64,000 nucleotides of DNA from Acinetobacter phage vB_AbaM_ME3. Position numbers and translations under genes: made by a program. A model generated the notes under the pieces. The model was not told the origin of the DNA. It saw nothing but the letters and a program-made list of their open reading frames with translations, and did no database searches. Below, in pieces: positions 19,687 through 30,147 of the stretch (positions are counted from its first letter, which is position 1; every line of letters begins with the position of its first letter). Location: the sequence record KU935715.1, one strand, 5' to 3'.

Positions 19687-22600
19687 ATGACCGATCAATA
19701 TTTTAAACATACCCCTCAAGCTTTGAGTGATCAGAATCAAGTTGAGAACTTGGCTATCGAAGTTGAGGAAGCTTTTCTAAAAGTAGAAAAGGACTTATGG
19801 TCTAACACAGTTAATGCTGCATCATTAGGAAGTTCCATTGGTGACTTAGATACTTATTATTTAAAAGAATATCTTCCAAATAATGGAATTATATCTAATT
19901 ATACTCAAAAACTTTATTTTCCTCTTCACTCTAAAGAAGCCTCTTTAGATCTTATTCCTGATACTGCCACTTCTTCACTTAATACGGTGTCCATTAGTAA
20001 CATGTTAATGCCATCGCAAGTGTATACATATAAACATAATGGTTTACTAGAGACTGAATATGACTTTACTTTTGTTAATAGAAAAGTTGTTTTAGGTGCA
20101 GCTCCTTCAGATGCTAGAACACTCACAATCAGTTATAATGGGTATGAGCCTGTTGATTCTAGAGATGTTGGTCTTGATCTTAGATATAATGTACTACAAA
20201 CAGTTGTAAATGGTTCTGTAGTTAAAGAGTTTTCAAACGTAAAAACTGGAAATATCTATAGAATAGATGGCTATGATTTCAAAAATATGTGTTCTAAAGA
20301 CATTATAGATATTATCAACAATGCTCCATATAATCTAGATAAATTTGTATCTATTACAGATGTCAATAGTGACATATCCTATTCTATAAGTAACATTACT
20401 ATTACAAACTCATATATCTCTTTTGAGTCTGATGATGTTATTCCAGAGAATGTGAAGATATACGTAGCCAATAGTAATCTAGGAAAATTAGTTGAAGGTA
20501 TTTATAGACTATTCTACTCACACAATCATGGCTCTGATGGGGGTAAACTTGTATCACATTCAGACTTAGTTGGTCTGTTCAATAATAATAGTGATATCAA
20601 ATACTCTGTCACTAACAAAGAAAACTACGATCACCCTCAATATATAAACCGAGAAGGCTATATTGAAGATCCTTCTGTTTACAATAATGCTTTGTTAGGT
20701 GATTTATTAGTAGCTTCTTCAGATCCTTCTAATTTTTACAATAACCTTAGTAAAGACAGTTTTAAATTAGTCTTTGGTGAATATGCTTCTGGACACAGAA
20801 TGGGATATTCAAAGAATACAGATTCGTTAGTTATTGATTCCCTTTCTAGAGATGGTGTAAAGCTTGTTTCACCTAAGAATAAAAATATTTTCTCCTTAAA
20901 CGAACATAACTTTACTGATTTAAGTGATGGTATTTATTCAGGAGTTCGTTTATCTATTGTTCCAACTGATGTAGGTTCAACAGGAGAAGTAGCTGTATTT
21001 AGTATTAAAAAGGCTGAGATTGATGATATTGGAGCAGTAACCCATACAGATACAGCTGAACTCCATGTATACTCAAGCACATTCTCTATTACTAAAGTTA
21101 AAGACTCCTTAAATATTTTAGATTCGGCAGTTATTAATTTTGGTACTAATCCTAAAGTTAGGATTAAAAGTGAAGCTACTGGAATTAAAGTAGAAGATTT
21201 AACACAAAATAAGAATCAACAATTTTATGTTAATCTCCCTTTAATTACTTCTCAGATCACAGCTGATCATATTGATGCTAAAGAAATTCATATAACTGAT
21301 ACTCAAACATTAGTATTAGGTAATAAAAACCACACAGAGGATTTAGATAAGCAAACACTCTCTTTTAATACTACAACTAATCAAACGGTATTAAATATTA
21401 ATAAGCCTTTACTATTCAAGCGTAATGGGTACGAGTCAGGTATTGCTTTTGGTCCATCTTCTAGAATATTTGCTTCCACAAGTCAAGGATTAAATACTGC
21501 TATTGAATCTGAAAAATTAGATACATATATCCAGAATAATGGTGATGTGTATTTCATTGATAGTGGTTTTACTTATCAAACTGGTTCTACAAATTTACAA
21601 GCTGTAGGTAGAAGTAAAATTCATACTAATGAAGTAACTGCTAACAATTTCTCTGTTAACTATAATGAATCTACTATAAGAGCATTTAAACTTAATGGAG
21701 ATACACATAAGATCTTTGCTCAAAGAGATCCTCAAGGAAACACATCTGTACTCCTTCAAAGCTTAGGCGGTGTTAATGTAGTTAGTGGCTATTCAATCTC
21801 TGGATCTGACGTAACACTAAGTTATGGTGCTGTAAGAGCTTCTGAATTTAGAGTTGAAGGTAATGCTGCTGGGGCGGGTTTCTATGGAAATGTAATTATT
21901 CCAGCTGGAGATACATTAACTGTAAATGGTAATGCTATCATTAATACAGCTCTAGAGTTAAATACTAACTTAACAGTAAGAGGTGTTTCTAACTTAAATA
22001 TTCTAGAAACTAACAGTGTTGATGCTAAGACTCTTTCAGCTGAGACATCCGTAACAACACCTTTGATTACAGCTCCTCTAGGTTTTGAATCTAAGTTATA
22101 CATTGGTTCAGATACTATATTTAATAACAGTGCTACATTTAAACAAGTTTGTAACTTTACATCCAACTGTGTGTTTGATACAACTATTAGTGCTAATACT
22201 GTCAATGCTGTTAACTTAAATGTAACTTCAGCAGTAACTTTTCCACAAGTAACAGCTTCAGGAGTAACAGTTACTAATAATCTTGAATTTAAGAGAATGC
22301 TTCAAACAGATAATACAATTACTTCTGAATTCGCAGGACCTCTTCAATTAAAAGCTGGGTTAATAGTAGATAGAAATTATACGATTCGTTTAGGTAGTGC
22401 AGATATCTTAACCACCAGAAATACAGCTGGTTTGCTATTAACAGAAAATGCAGTTAAATTAGGTAATAACTCTACTGTCAAAGCAACTAAGATGTTTGCT
22501 AATAAAGGTATTCCTACTGGTGGTAATTCAGATATTATTGGTGGTTATGCTTTTGAGACTAACTTAGGAAATACTGATGGTGACACAGGTTTATTCTGTA

Positions 22601-23229
22601 CTGATAAAGGGACTTCTTCCCTTGCAGATGATTTAGTTTTCTATATTGATGGTGTTAAGAGAGGAGAAATCTCTTCGACTCCTCTAGATGTAACTGGATC
22701 TATTGAAGGAAGAGAAAAGACTTTAGTAACAGCTGAAATGATTAAGAATCAAATGGATACTTTATTAGGTACTGTACTTAGTATGGTGTATCCAGTTGGA
22801 TCTATTTATGTTAATGGTTCAGATAATAGAAATCCTAGAGAAGTATTAAACTGGCCTACAAGTGTTTGGGCTAGATTTGCAGTAGGTATGACCCTAGTTG
22901 GTGCAGAAGGCTCATCTGCAAGTGAGAAAATGGCTGCTATGTGGAACAAACCTACAGATGTACCATTAAGCATTGAAGAAGAATTTGGTGAATTTAGGCA
23001 TCAATTAACTGAGCCAGAGTTACCATCTATTGATGCAAGACTAAAATTAACTACTTGGGTACATGGAGATGATGCGTCAGGCTCTGGAGCTATCTTAACA
23101 GCTAATAGAAACTGGGAGAGTGGTACACAATATCCTCAAGGAGCTTCTGTAGCTATTAATGGAGAAGATAAACCTCATAATAACGTTCAACCTTCTAAAG
23201 TAGTAGCAATGTGGAGAAGAATTGGGTGA
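19687..23229 (+). CDS. tail fibre protein (1180 aa) with C-terminal phage tail-collar domain
   Basis: Long Ser/Thr/Asn-rich beta-repeat region. The C-terminus (VGSIYVNGS...WPTSVWARFAVGMTLVGAEG...LTEPELPSIDARLKLTTWVHGDD...KPHNNVQPSKVVAMWRRI) matches the tail-collar fibre domain (...LP.H.H...HNN.QPY.V.NYIIR). Confidence 0.6.
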   Translation: MTDQYFKHTPQALSDQNQVENLAIEVEEAFLKVEKDLWSNTVNAASLGSSIGDLDTYYLKEYLPNNGIISNYTQKLYFPLHSKEASLDLIPDTATSSLNTVSISNMLMPSQVYTYKHNGLLETEYDFTFVNRKVVLGAAPSDARTLTISYNGYEPVDSRDVGLDLRYNVLQTVVNGSVVKEFSNVKTGNIYRIDGYDFKNMCSKDIIDIINNAPYNLDKFVSITDVNSDISYSISNITITNSYISFESDDVIPENVKIYVANSNLGKLVEGIYRLFYSHNHGSDGGKLVSHSDLVGLFNNNSDIKYSVTNKENYDHPQYINREGYIEDPSVYNNALLGDLLVASSDPSNFYNNLSKDSFKLVFGEYASGHRMGYSKNTDSLVIDSLSRDGVKLVSPKNKNIFSLNEHNFTDLSDGIYSGVRLSIVPTDVGSTGEVAVFSIKKAEIDDIGAVTHTDTAELHVYSSTFSITKVKDSLNILDSAVINFGTNPKVRIKSEATGIKVEDLTQNKNQQFYVNLPLITSQITADHIDAKEIHITDTQTLVLGNKNHTEDLDKQTLSFNTTTNQTVLNINKPLLFKRNGYESGIAFGPSSRIFASTSQGLNTAIESEKLDTYIQNNGDVYFIDSGFTYQTGSTNLQAVGRSKIHTNEVTANNFSVNYNESTIRAFKLNGDTHKIFAQRDPQGNTSVLLQSLGGVNVVSGYSISGSDVTLSYGAVRASEFRVEGNAAGAGFYGNVIIPAGDTLTVNGNAIINTALELNTNLTVRGVSNLNILETNSVDAKTLSAETSVTTPLITAPLGFESKLYIGSDTIFNNSATFKQVCNFTSNCVFDTTISANTVNAVNLNVTSAVTFPQVTASGVTVTNNLEFKRMLQTDNTITSEFAGPLQLKAGLIVDRNYTIRLGSADILTTRNTAGLLLTENAVKLGNNSTVKATKMFANKGIPTGGNSDIIGGYAFETNLGNTDGDTGLFCTDKGTSSLADDLVFYIDGVKRGEISSTPLDVTGSIEGREKTLVTAEMIKNQMDTLLGTVLSMVYPVGSIYVNGSDNRNPREVLNWPTSVWARFAVGMTLVGAEGSSASEKMAAMWNKPTDVPLSIEEEFGEFRHQLTEPELPSIDARLKLTTWVHGDDASGSGAILTANRNWESGTQYPQGASVAINGEDKPHNNVQPSKVVAMWRRIG

Positions 23230-24419
23230 GTATAATTTTTACTAAAACTTACTCAGGATCAATTAAACGAGAGATTTCGGAAGGGCAATTTAGCCCTTCC
23301 CCTCTTCCTGAGTATTATGTCGAACAAGAGAAAACTAAAAGTATTAGAACTAACAATATTGAAGCTTTGTTTCCTAGTAAAATATTTAATGTTGTATCAA
23401 AACAGAAGAGTGTAGAAATCACTTCTAATACATTAAATATAGAAATTACAGATGTAATAATAGATGGAGTTCCTTATACTAAAAAGCTTAATACAATTCC
23501 ATCAGACTTAACTAAAGTCAAAGAAGATTTTAAAGTCCTAAACGGTATATGCTATATAAATACTAGCAAAACTTACATTCAAGTAAATTCTGATATGTAT
23601 GTAGTAGAACCTGTTATAGGATTATCCTCTTTTAATAGAACCTCTAATGTAGCGATTAAAAGATTAAAGGACTGTTTTAAAATTACAATCAAAACAAATA
23701 ACCCAACAAATATTCATATTAAATTGAATGCCCCTTCTATTTTTTCTCCATCTTTAATTAATAATTGGTTGATATACCATGATTGTATTTATAGAATTAG
23801 TAAACCAACCTATTCATATCTCTCCTCTCATACTTTTGAGTATTACGATAAAGAAGAAATTCATGAACTCTCTAATAACATAGTTTTAAGAGATATTCCT
23901 GTAGGCCCTATCACAACAGAGACTGTAGACCGTTTTATTAAAGTCAGCTATAAAACATACAGAACTAATCTTATGATAAATACATCATTGAGTGAAAACT
24001 TATTTATAGCTGTAGAGGAAGAAGGGAATTCATCACTTGAAGTAAGAACTCAACTTTCATTACTTACTAAATATTTTATAAATTCTGTTCATACAAATAA
24101 AACAGAATTTATAAAGATTCAAGAAAATCCTTACAAAGCAAGTAAAGCTTATGAAGGAAGAGGGGAGTCAATACTATTTGTATGGGACTTAGAATCAAAA
24201 TATACTAGAAGTCATAATGTTCCTATTGGTTGTGAAAGAGTATTATTAAGCTTAAACAAAATCTTTAAAAAAGAGAAAAAAACTATAGTAACTTCATCTT
24301 ACCCTATATATGATTCAGTGTCTTTACAAACAAGTGATACATACACTACCATTCCATATAATGGTTCAAATTTAAATCAATTAAATAAACTACTTGTAGT
24401 AGTTAATAGCTTAGTGTAA
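23211..24419 (+). CDS. hypothetical tail-fibre-region protein (402 aa)
   Basis: Intact ORF; the position after the tail fibre suggests an assembly/chaperone or accessory fibre protein. Confidence 0.3.
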   Translation: MEKNWVSIIFTKTYSGSIKREISEGQFSPSPLPEYYVEQEKTKSIRTNNIEALFPSKIFNVVSKQKSVEITSNTLNIEITDVIIDGVPYTKKLNTIPSDLTKVKEDFKVLNGICYINTSKTYIQVNSDMYVVEPVIGLSSFNRTSNVAIKRLKDCFKITIKTNNPTNIHIKLNAPSIFSPSLINNWLIYHDCIYRISKPTYSYLSSHTFEYYDKEEIHELSNNIVLRDIPVGPITTETVDRFIKVSYKTYRTNLMINTSLSENLFIAVEEEGNSSLEVRTQLSLLTKYFINSVHTNKTEFIKIQENPYKASKAYEGRGESILFVWDLESKYTRSHNVPIGCERVLLSLNKIFKKEKKTIVTSSYPIYDSVSLQTSDTYTTIPYNGSNLNQLNKLLVVVNSLV

Positions 24420-24428
24420 GGATTTGAC

Positions 24429-25655
24429 ATGAGTACAATTTCAAATTATTTGAAAGACTTCCAAGATATGTATGTGGATGTAACTCCAAATCTCAGTGGA
24501 TTGTCTACTAATTTAACTAAACTAGAATTAAAAGATCTTGAGAATTATCTGAATAAACTTTCTGACACTCTTGCAGAATTGAATAATCTCACTAGTAATA
24601 CATCAGAAGAACTAGATAAACATTATAAAGAACTTTATAGAGTCTTTGACGAAAAGTTAGATTATATTGGGGATATGGCTGATGTTTATAACTACATTAA
24701 TAGTTACTTTGATATGAAAGTTGTTAGAGATATTTCTATATTCAACCTTTCCACTAAGACTTCAGATACATGTATTTACGATCAAAATTCTAAAGGAGTT
24801 ACATTAAAAAGTGTTAATAGTTTATTTAGATGTTCTAAAACGATTACAGATAACATAATTACATTCTATAATACAAATACTGCATCACACAGTGGTATTC
24901 ATCTCTCTTCTCCTTTTTTAGACCTACTAGATGTAACTCAAATCACAATAAGGAAAGCAGATGGTACAGTATTAGAACTAGAAGTATCAAAAACAGACAA
25001 CAAAGAATACTACATTCATCATGAAGATTTAGTATCTTCTCAAATTGTAATTCAATTTACTCCCCTCTCATCAAACCAAACTCTACTTAGCTACTTACAA
25101 ACTGTAAATTTAAATTTAATTGAATACTCTTATGGTGTAGAAGGCTATCTACCTCTTTCTAATACTGAATTAGCTGCTAGTGATCTTCTATCAATTGTGG
25201 TAGACTCTATTATACCAACTAATACTTATGCTAATGTGACTTTAGGATTAGAACTATTAGATGTTAATGGGAATGTAATCGATACAGTTGATACTTCAAT
25301 TCCAATCAACTCGAATATGATTTGTAAGAGACTAGATAGAATTAATTATAATGAAGTTGGTTCTTTTGAGTATTTAATTATTAAAGGAAAGAAGACTAAA
25401 AATAAGATTAGTGAGGAATACCTTAAATCTTTAGAATTTCAAAATGAAAAGTATGTGGTTTACATCCCTAAAGATCTATATGAAAACAAAGTAAATAAAT
25501 ACCTAACAAAATTAGGAAACAATTCATTCAGAGTTAACACTAAAGTAGTAGATAAACTTAGATTTAGTCCTACTATAGAGCTATTTTCATTTGGATTGAA
25601 TAACAGTCCAATAATTAAAAATGTAGTAGGAGTGACAAAGAATGAGACAATATGA
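24429..25655 (+). CDS. hypothetical structural protein (408 aa)
   Basis: Intact ORF. Confidence 0.3.
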   Translation: MSTISNYLKDFQDMYVDVTPNLSGLSTNLTKLELKDLENYLNKLSDTLAELNNLTSNTSEELDKHYKELYRVFDEKLDYIGDMADVYNYINSYFDMKVVRDISIFNLSTKTSDTCIYDQNSKGVTLKSVNSLFRCSKTITDNIITFYNTNTASHSGIHLSSPFLDLLDVTQITIRKADGTVLELEVSKTDNKEYYIHHEDLVSSQIVIQFTPLSSNQTLLSYLQTVNLNLIEYSYGVEGYLPLSNTELAASDLLSIVVDSIIPTNTYANVTLGLELLDVNGNVIDTVDTSIPINSNMICKRLDRINYNEVGSFEYLIIKGKKTKNKISEEYLKSLEFQNEKYVVYIPKDLYENKVNKYLTKLGNNSFRVNTKVVDKLRFSPTIELFSFGLNNSPIIKNVVGVTKNETI

Positions 25656-27783
25656 TACAGAAGATTTAGAAAAAGTAATTCGAGAAAGCGAAGGATTAAT
25701 TACTGATGTTATTAAAAGGTCTAATTCTGCTAACACAGATTTATATAATACTATTATCAAAGCTTCTGAAGGAACACAACAAATAAGAAACAAGATAGCT
25801 ATCTTAGGAGATATGATTACAGACTTAAGTGTAATTAATGCTTCAACTAAAAATAGCATATTCTTAAAAGACTTAGATGTATATAGTTCTAAAAATGTAG
25901 AATTTAATGATAATAAAATAACTTTAAGTAAGACGAATGAGACAGTAGTAGAGTTTGATGCAAAGACTAGTGTTATTACTTCAGGAAAGCCTTATGAAAT
26001 CTTAGACTTAAAGGGTAATACAAAAACATTAGAGAGTTTATTTAAATATAGAGCTTCTTCAAAAATCAGAGCTTCATCAATGGGGTACTCTTATGACTTT
26101 ATACTTAAACTCCCAAAACTAAATAAGATTAACCAGATTGTTATTCAATTACCTATTACCAGTGTTGAATATCCATCTATTCAAAATGTAGAGGCTCTCT
26201 ATGGAACTAATACTTATACAAAGATTAATATTGTTAATAACAACTCTTCTGTATTCTCTTTAGATGAAAATAGAGTTATAGGAAATAAATATATTATTGA
26301 TATTGACACAGTGGAAACTACCGAGCTTAAGTTCACATTATTCTCTAAAGTGTCTCAAGAACTCTTATTAGACTATATCGAATTATACTATTCTGAATTT
26401 GAGTCTGAAGGAGAAATAATATTTGGACCTATAGTTACAGATACTCCTATTCTTAAATTAGGGTTAACTAGCTCAGGATTTAGTGATGGAATCTCTCTAC
26501 AAGTGAGTACAAACGCTATAGATTGGATTGATACTAATGACTCGTTCAAGTTGACAACAGATACTATGCGAAAGGTAGTAGCTTTCAATACTATTAATGA
26601 TTTAAGTTTTAGAACTGAGGAAGAAGTTAATAGTGTGTATATTAAAGTTTCTATCGTATCAAAAGAAGTTGAATCTACTTCATCTTTAATAGCTTATGAC
26701 TCTTACAGAGAAGACGACTCTATTGTTTCGCCGTATATTAGTACAGTAGAGAATAACAGGTTAAGTGCTTTTAGAGTTCGAACTAATGATTTAGTCTATG
26801 GAGCCAATACTTACAGATTAGGAATTGAATTAACAGATAGTATTAAATCTCAAACAGATACTATCACTATGAATGGTGATACTAAGGTATTAGGTTTTAG
26901 TGATACTTTATATTCAATTGGTAAGACAAATAATTCTTATCAGAATGCAGATGTAAAATTAAAACCATTAAGAATTGAGTCTTCATCTAATATCGATGCA
27001 TCTAAATTTGATTCTGTTAGCTCAGAACTTTTTGATATTATTACTATCCCTTTCACTGGGGATGTTAATACTCTTCATACTAGTAATTTTGTTTTAAAGT
27101 TAGTTGGGAAAGAGGATACATATAAACTTGTAGCGTCAACAAGTAAACAGTCTTTGAATATAAGTGTTACCTCTGACTTCTCTCTTAACAACTCTAATAC
27201 AATATTTCAAGTTCCAGATGAAGATATTCTTTTAGTCTCTTCAATAGGCGAAGTATTAAAAGAATATAAGAAAGAAAACCATTATGTGATCATGGATGAC
27301 TCTACTGGAAATTTAATTAATTTTATTAGTTTAGCTGAATCCATATATCAACCGCCATCAATTACTGGATATACTTTTAATCCATTGTATCCTATTCAAG
27401 CTTTATCAAAAGATGAATTTGGAATTTCTGATGGTTATGTTATTCTTGGTAGTGGGTCTATTGTGCATTACAATGGATTTAAAATATCTAAGACAGTGAT
27501 TAACAAACTACTTAATATTAGTTATCAAAATGGAAATACATGGGAACGAATAGATCCATTATATACTTATCATCATCAACAAATAGATCATTCTGTTAGA
27601 GAAAAGAGTGTAATCAAGCTAGACCACATTAGTATTCAAAAAGGATCTTTACAAATCTTTGAATACACAGACTACGATAAAGTAGAAGTAGAGAGCAATG
27701 TCTTTATATCACTTGAAAACAACAATAAGAAGCCTTCAACAGAATATATAGAGTCTGAAGAAAATACATATATTGAGGAATAA
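25642..27783 (+). CDS. hypothetical structural protein (713 aa)
   Basis: Intact ORF overlapping its neighbours. Confidence 0.3.
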   Translation: MRQYDTEDLEKVIRESEGLITDVIKRSNSANTDLYNTIIKASEGTQQIRNKIAILGDMITDLSVINASTKNSIFLKDLDVYSSKNVEFNDNKITLSKTNETVVEFDAKTSVITSGKPYEILDLKGNTKTLESLFKYRASSKIRASSMGYSYDFILKLPKLNKINQIVIQLPITSVEYPSIQNVEALYGTNTYTKINIVNNNSSVFSLDENRVIGNKYIIDIDTVETTELKFTLFSKVSQELLLDYIELYYSEFESEGEIIFGPIVTDTPILKLGLTSSGFSDGISLQVSTNAIDWIDTNDSFKLTTDTMRKVVAFNTINDLSFRTEEEVNSVYIKVSIVSKEVESTSSLIAYDSYREDDSIVSPYISTVENNRLSAFRVRTNDLVYGANTYRLGIELTDSIKSQTDTITMNGDTKVLGFSDTLYSIGKTNNSYQNADVKLKPLRIESSSNIDASKFDSVSSELFDIITIPFTGDVNTLHTSNFVLKLVGKEDTYKLVASTSKQSLNISVTSDFSLNNSNTIFQVPDEDILLVSSIGEVLKEYKKENHYVIMDDSTGNLINFISLAESIYQPPSITGYTFNPLYPIQALSKDEFGISDGYVILGSGSIVHYNGFKISKTVINKLLNISYQNGNTWERIDPLYTYHHQQIDHSVREKSVIKLDHISIQKGSLQIFEYTDYDKVEVESNVFISLENNNKKPSTEYIESEENTYIEE

Positions 27784-27785
27784 TA

Positions 27786-28502
27786 ATGGCTGAATTAACA
27801 GGTAAGTCAATAATTGAATTAACTCAAGCTCCTTCTATTAATGAGACTACGAACATTGTAGTTCAACGACAAGGAAGTCCTAGAGCTGAAAAAACTCAGT
27901 TAAGTGAAGTAGTTAAATTAGTTACTAATAGTACAACTTTGAACGAGAGTGTTCAGTCAACAATATCAGATAACGTATCTTTAAAATTAGGTCAACATGT
28001 ATCTGCTTCAGATCCACATGGGGATAGGTTATTTACCACTTCAACTATGAATAACCATTTAAGCTCTTTAGATCCACATGGAGATAGAGCTTATACAGAT
28101 AGTAAAGTAGCAGCTCACTCTTCTTCAGTTGACCCTCACGGGGATAGAGCTTTCACTATAACTTCTATTACAAATCACTCTAAATCAGAAGATCCACATG
28201 GAGACCGTGCCTATGCATTAGCTCAAATTAATGCGCATAAGGTAGCAACAGATCCACATGGAGATAGAGCTCATGCTTTAAGTCTTATGAATATTCATAA
28301 GACAACAGAAGTTGATCCACACGGAGATAGAGCTTATACAGATGGAGTTGTAAATACACATAAAGATGAGACAGACCCACATGGGTTAAAATCTTTAATA
28401 ACTACACTACTAAATGAGCATAATACAAGTAATTCAATCACATGGTTTAGATGTAAAAAAAAATTTGCTGAGATTCCTAATACAGTCAAATTCAACAGTT
28501 AA
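27786..28502 (+). CDS. tail fibre, N-terminal segment with seven DPHGDRA repeats (probably one gene with 28414..30144)
   Basis: 238-aa ORF. The repeat pattern continues to NEHNTSNSI, then the frame is lost at an A9 run at 28455..28463. Removing one A fuses it to the next ORF. Confidence 0.5.
   Translation: MAELTGKSIIELTQAPSINETTNIVVQRQGSPRAEKTQLSEVVKLVTNSTTLNESVQSTISDNVSLKLGQHVSASDPHGDRLFTTSTMNNHLSSLDPHGDRAYTDSKVAAHSSSVDPHGDRAFTITSITNHSKSEDPHGDRAYALAQINAHKVATDPHGDRAHALSLMNIHKTTEVDPHGDRAYTDGVVNTHKDETDPHGLKSLITTLLNEHNTSNSITWFRCKKKFAEIPNTVKFNS
28000..28390 (+). repeat. seven tandem 63-nt (21-aa) repeats encoding x-DPHGDRAYT-x5-N/A-x-H-x3
   Basis: Peptide units SASDPHGDRLFT, SLDPHGDRAYT, SVDPHGDRAFT, SEDPHGDRAYA, ATDPHGDRAHA, EVDPHGDRAYT and ETDPHGLKS are each followed by an (I/M/V)N-x-H motif. 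Confidence 0.8.
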
Positions 28503-30144
28503 TGCAACATTGAGTCAACGAATTGGAACAACAATTGCTCCTCTTGTAAGTGGAAAAGTTCCAGATCAATATATAAGAACAAATATCTTATTTAGTAATT
28601 TAGCTCAGTTTCCTACTACTGGTTCACTAAATGTATTATACATTGATACATTAACTAGAAAGATGTATGTATGGGCTTCTGGTGGATATAAAGATATTTC
28701 TCCTACTGTTGAGTTAAGTGGTATATCTTTAAGTACAGATAATGTTGCACAAGGCTCTAATCCAGATAGACAGTATTTAACAGCTGATCTTAAAGCAAAC
28801 TATGACTCTAAGCTCTCCAATATCACTTCAACAGGTAGTGGAAAATCTGTACACTTAGTATCTAAAACAGGTGCTAATGCTTTTGTTCGAGGTCTAGATT
28901 CAGATAGTAGTATAAGTATTACTGATAGAGGAGACAGTTTAGTTCTTAATACAAATTATTATAAGTTTGTAGCAAAATACAATGGAACAGTAAAATTAGA
29001 TTCTAAGACTGAACTCTTAAAAGCTATAGATGAAAATGATATAGTTACATTAGAGGGTGACGTATTTGCATATGCTTATAAAGAAGCTGGGGATGTTAAA
29101 TTAATTGATTTCTATAATACATGGAATGTTAAAGCTGTAGTAGCTACTACGGGTACATCAACTCCAATAGCTTCTCCTACAAACCTAGTTATTTCTTCAA
29201 ATGGACTTGTTGTGAGTGGGTCAGGGACTGCTTCTACTACAGCTGAAATTTATAGTGATACAAATCAATTACTAGGTTCAGCAACAACAATTTCTGATGG
29301 TACTTTTACAATTACTTTTGGATCTCCTGAGTTAACAGGTAGAAGATTAAAAGCATACACAGTTACACCAGAAGGGAATAGATCTAAACCTACTTACTTT
29401 TTCTCTAATAATACAACATCTATTAAGGCGATAGATTGTATTTCAATTAGTTCAGATGGGCTAAAATTAAGAGGAAATACATCTAGAGCAAGTACAGTAA
29501 AAGTGTTTAACAGTAGTAATACAGAGCTAGGTTCAGCAACTGCAAATGATTATGGAAACTTTACAGTTACTTTATCCTCTGCTGTACATACTGGAGATAC
29601 AGTCAGAATAGAAGCTACATTAGGTACTACATTAACAGCAAGTGTTCCTTCATATTTAGTAACTATTAAAGATATTCAAGCACCTTATGACATTGAGTAC
29701 AACTTAGATAGAACTGTATTTACAGGTAAAGCAGAACCATTAAGTACAATTACATTCTCTACAACAGCAATAAGTATAAATGCAGTTACTAAAGCTGATG
29801 GATCGTTTGCAATTTATTCTTTTGCAAACCCAATTGCAGGTAGTGGAGATTTAGCTGTAGAAGTTAAACAAGAAACTAGAACAAATGGGATTCTATTAAA
29901 GTTAAATCAATTAGACGCTAAAGTAGCAGATGATCCAGTAGTAAAAGATGCTATTGGAACACACTCTACATCTTTCCTCAATAAAACTGTAACACCAATA
30001 CTAGGTACAGCTGGAAATGCAACATTTGACGTGTTATTGGATTCAATGATTAAGGATATTGAATTAGTAGGTACTAGTCCAACAGGTAAAGAACTTGTAT
30101 GGGAAGCTAATCTTAAAATCATTAAGAAAAATATAGGAGAATAA
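28414..30144 (+). CDS. tail fibre, C-terminal segment (Thr/Ser-rich beta-repeat protein, 576 aa)
   Basis: Overlaps the upstream ORF by 89 nt in another frame. The A9 run lies inside the overlap. Internal repeated NxTxxAxxxxS-type beta-rich segments. Confidence 0.45.
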   Translation: MSIIQVIQSHGLDVKKNLLRFLIQSNSTVNATLSQRIGTTIAPLVSGKVPDQYIRTNILFSNLAQFPTTGSLNVLYIDTLTRKMYVWASGGYKDISPTVELSGISLSTDNVAQGSNPDRQYLTADLKANYDSKLSNITSTGSGKSVHLVSKTGANAFVRGLDSDSSISITDRGDSLVLNTNYYKFVAKYNGTVKLDSKTELLKAIDENDIVTLEGDVFAYAYKEAGDVKLIDFYNTWNVKAVVATTGTSTPIASPTNLVISSNGLVVSGSGTASTTAEIYSDTNQLLGSATTISDGTFTITFGSPELTGRRLKAYTVTPEGNRSKPTYFFSNNTTSIKAIDCISISSDGLKLRGNTSRASTVKVFNSSNTELGSATANDYGNFTVTLSSAVHTGDTVRIEATLGTTLTASVPSYLVTIKDIQAPYDIEYNLDRTVFTGKAEPLSTITFSTTAISINAVTKADGSFAIYSFANPIAGSGDLAVEVKQETRTNGILLKLNQLDAKVADDPVVKDAIGTHSTSFLNKTVTPILGTAGNATFDVLLDSMIKDIELVGTSPTGKELVWEANLKIIKKNIGE

Positions 30145-30147
30145 TAT

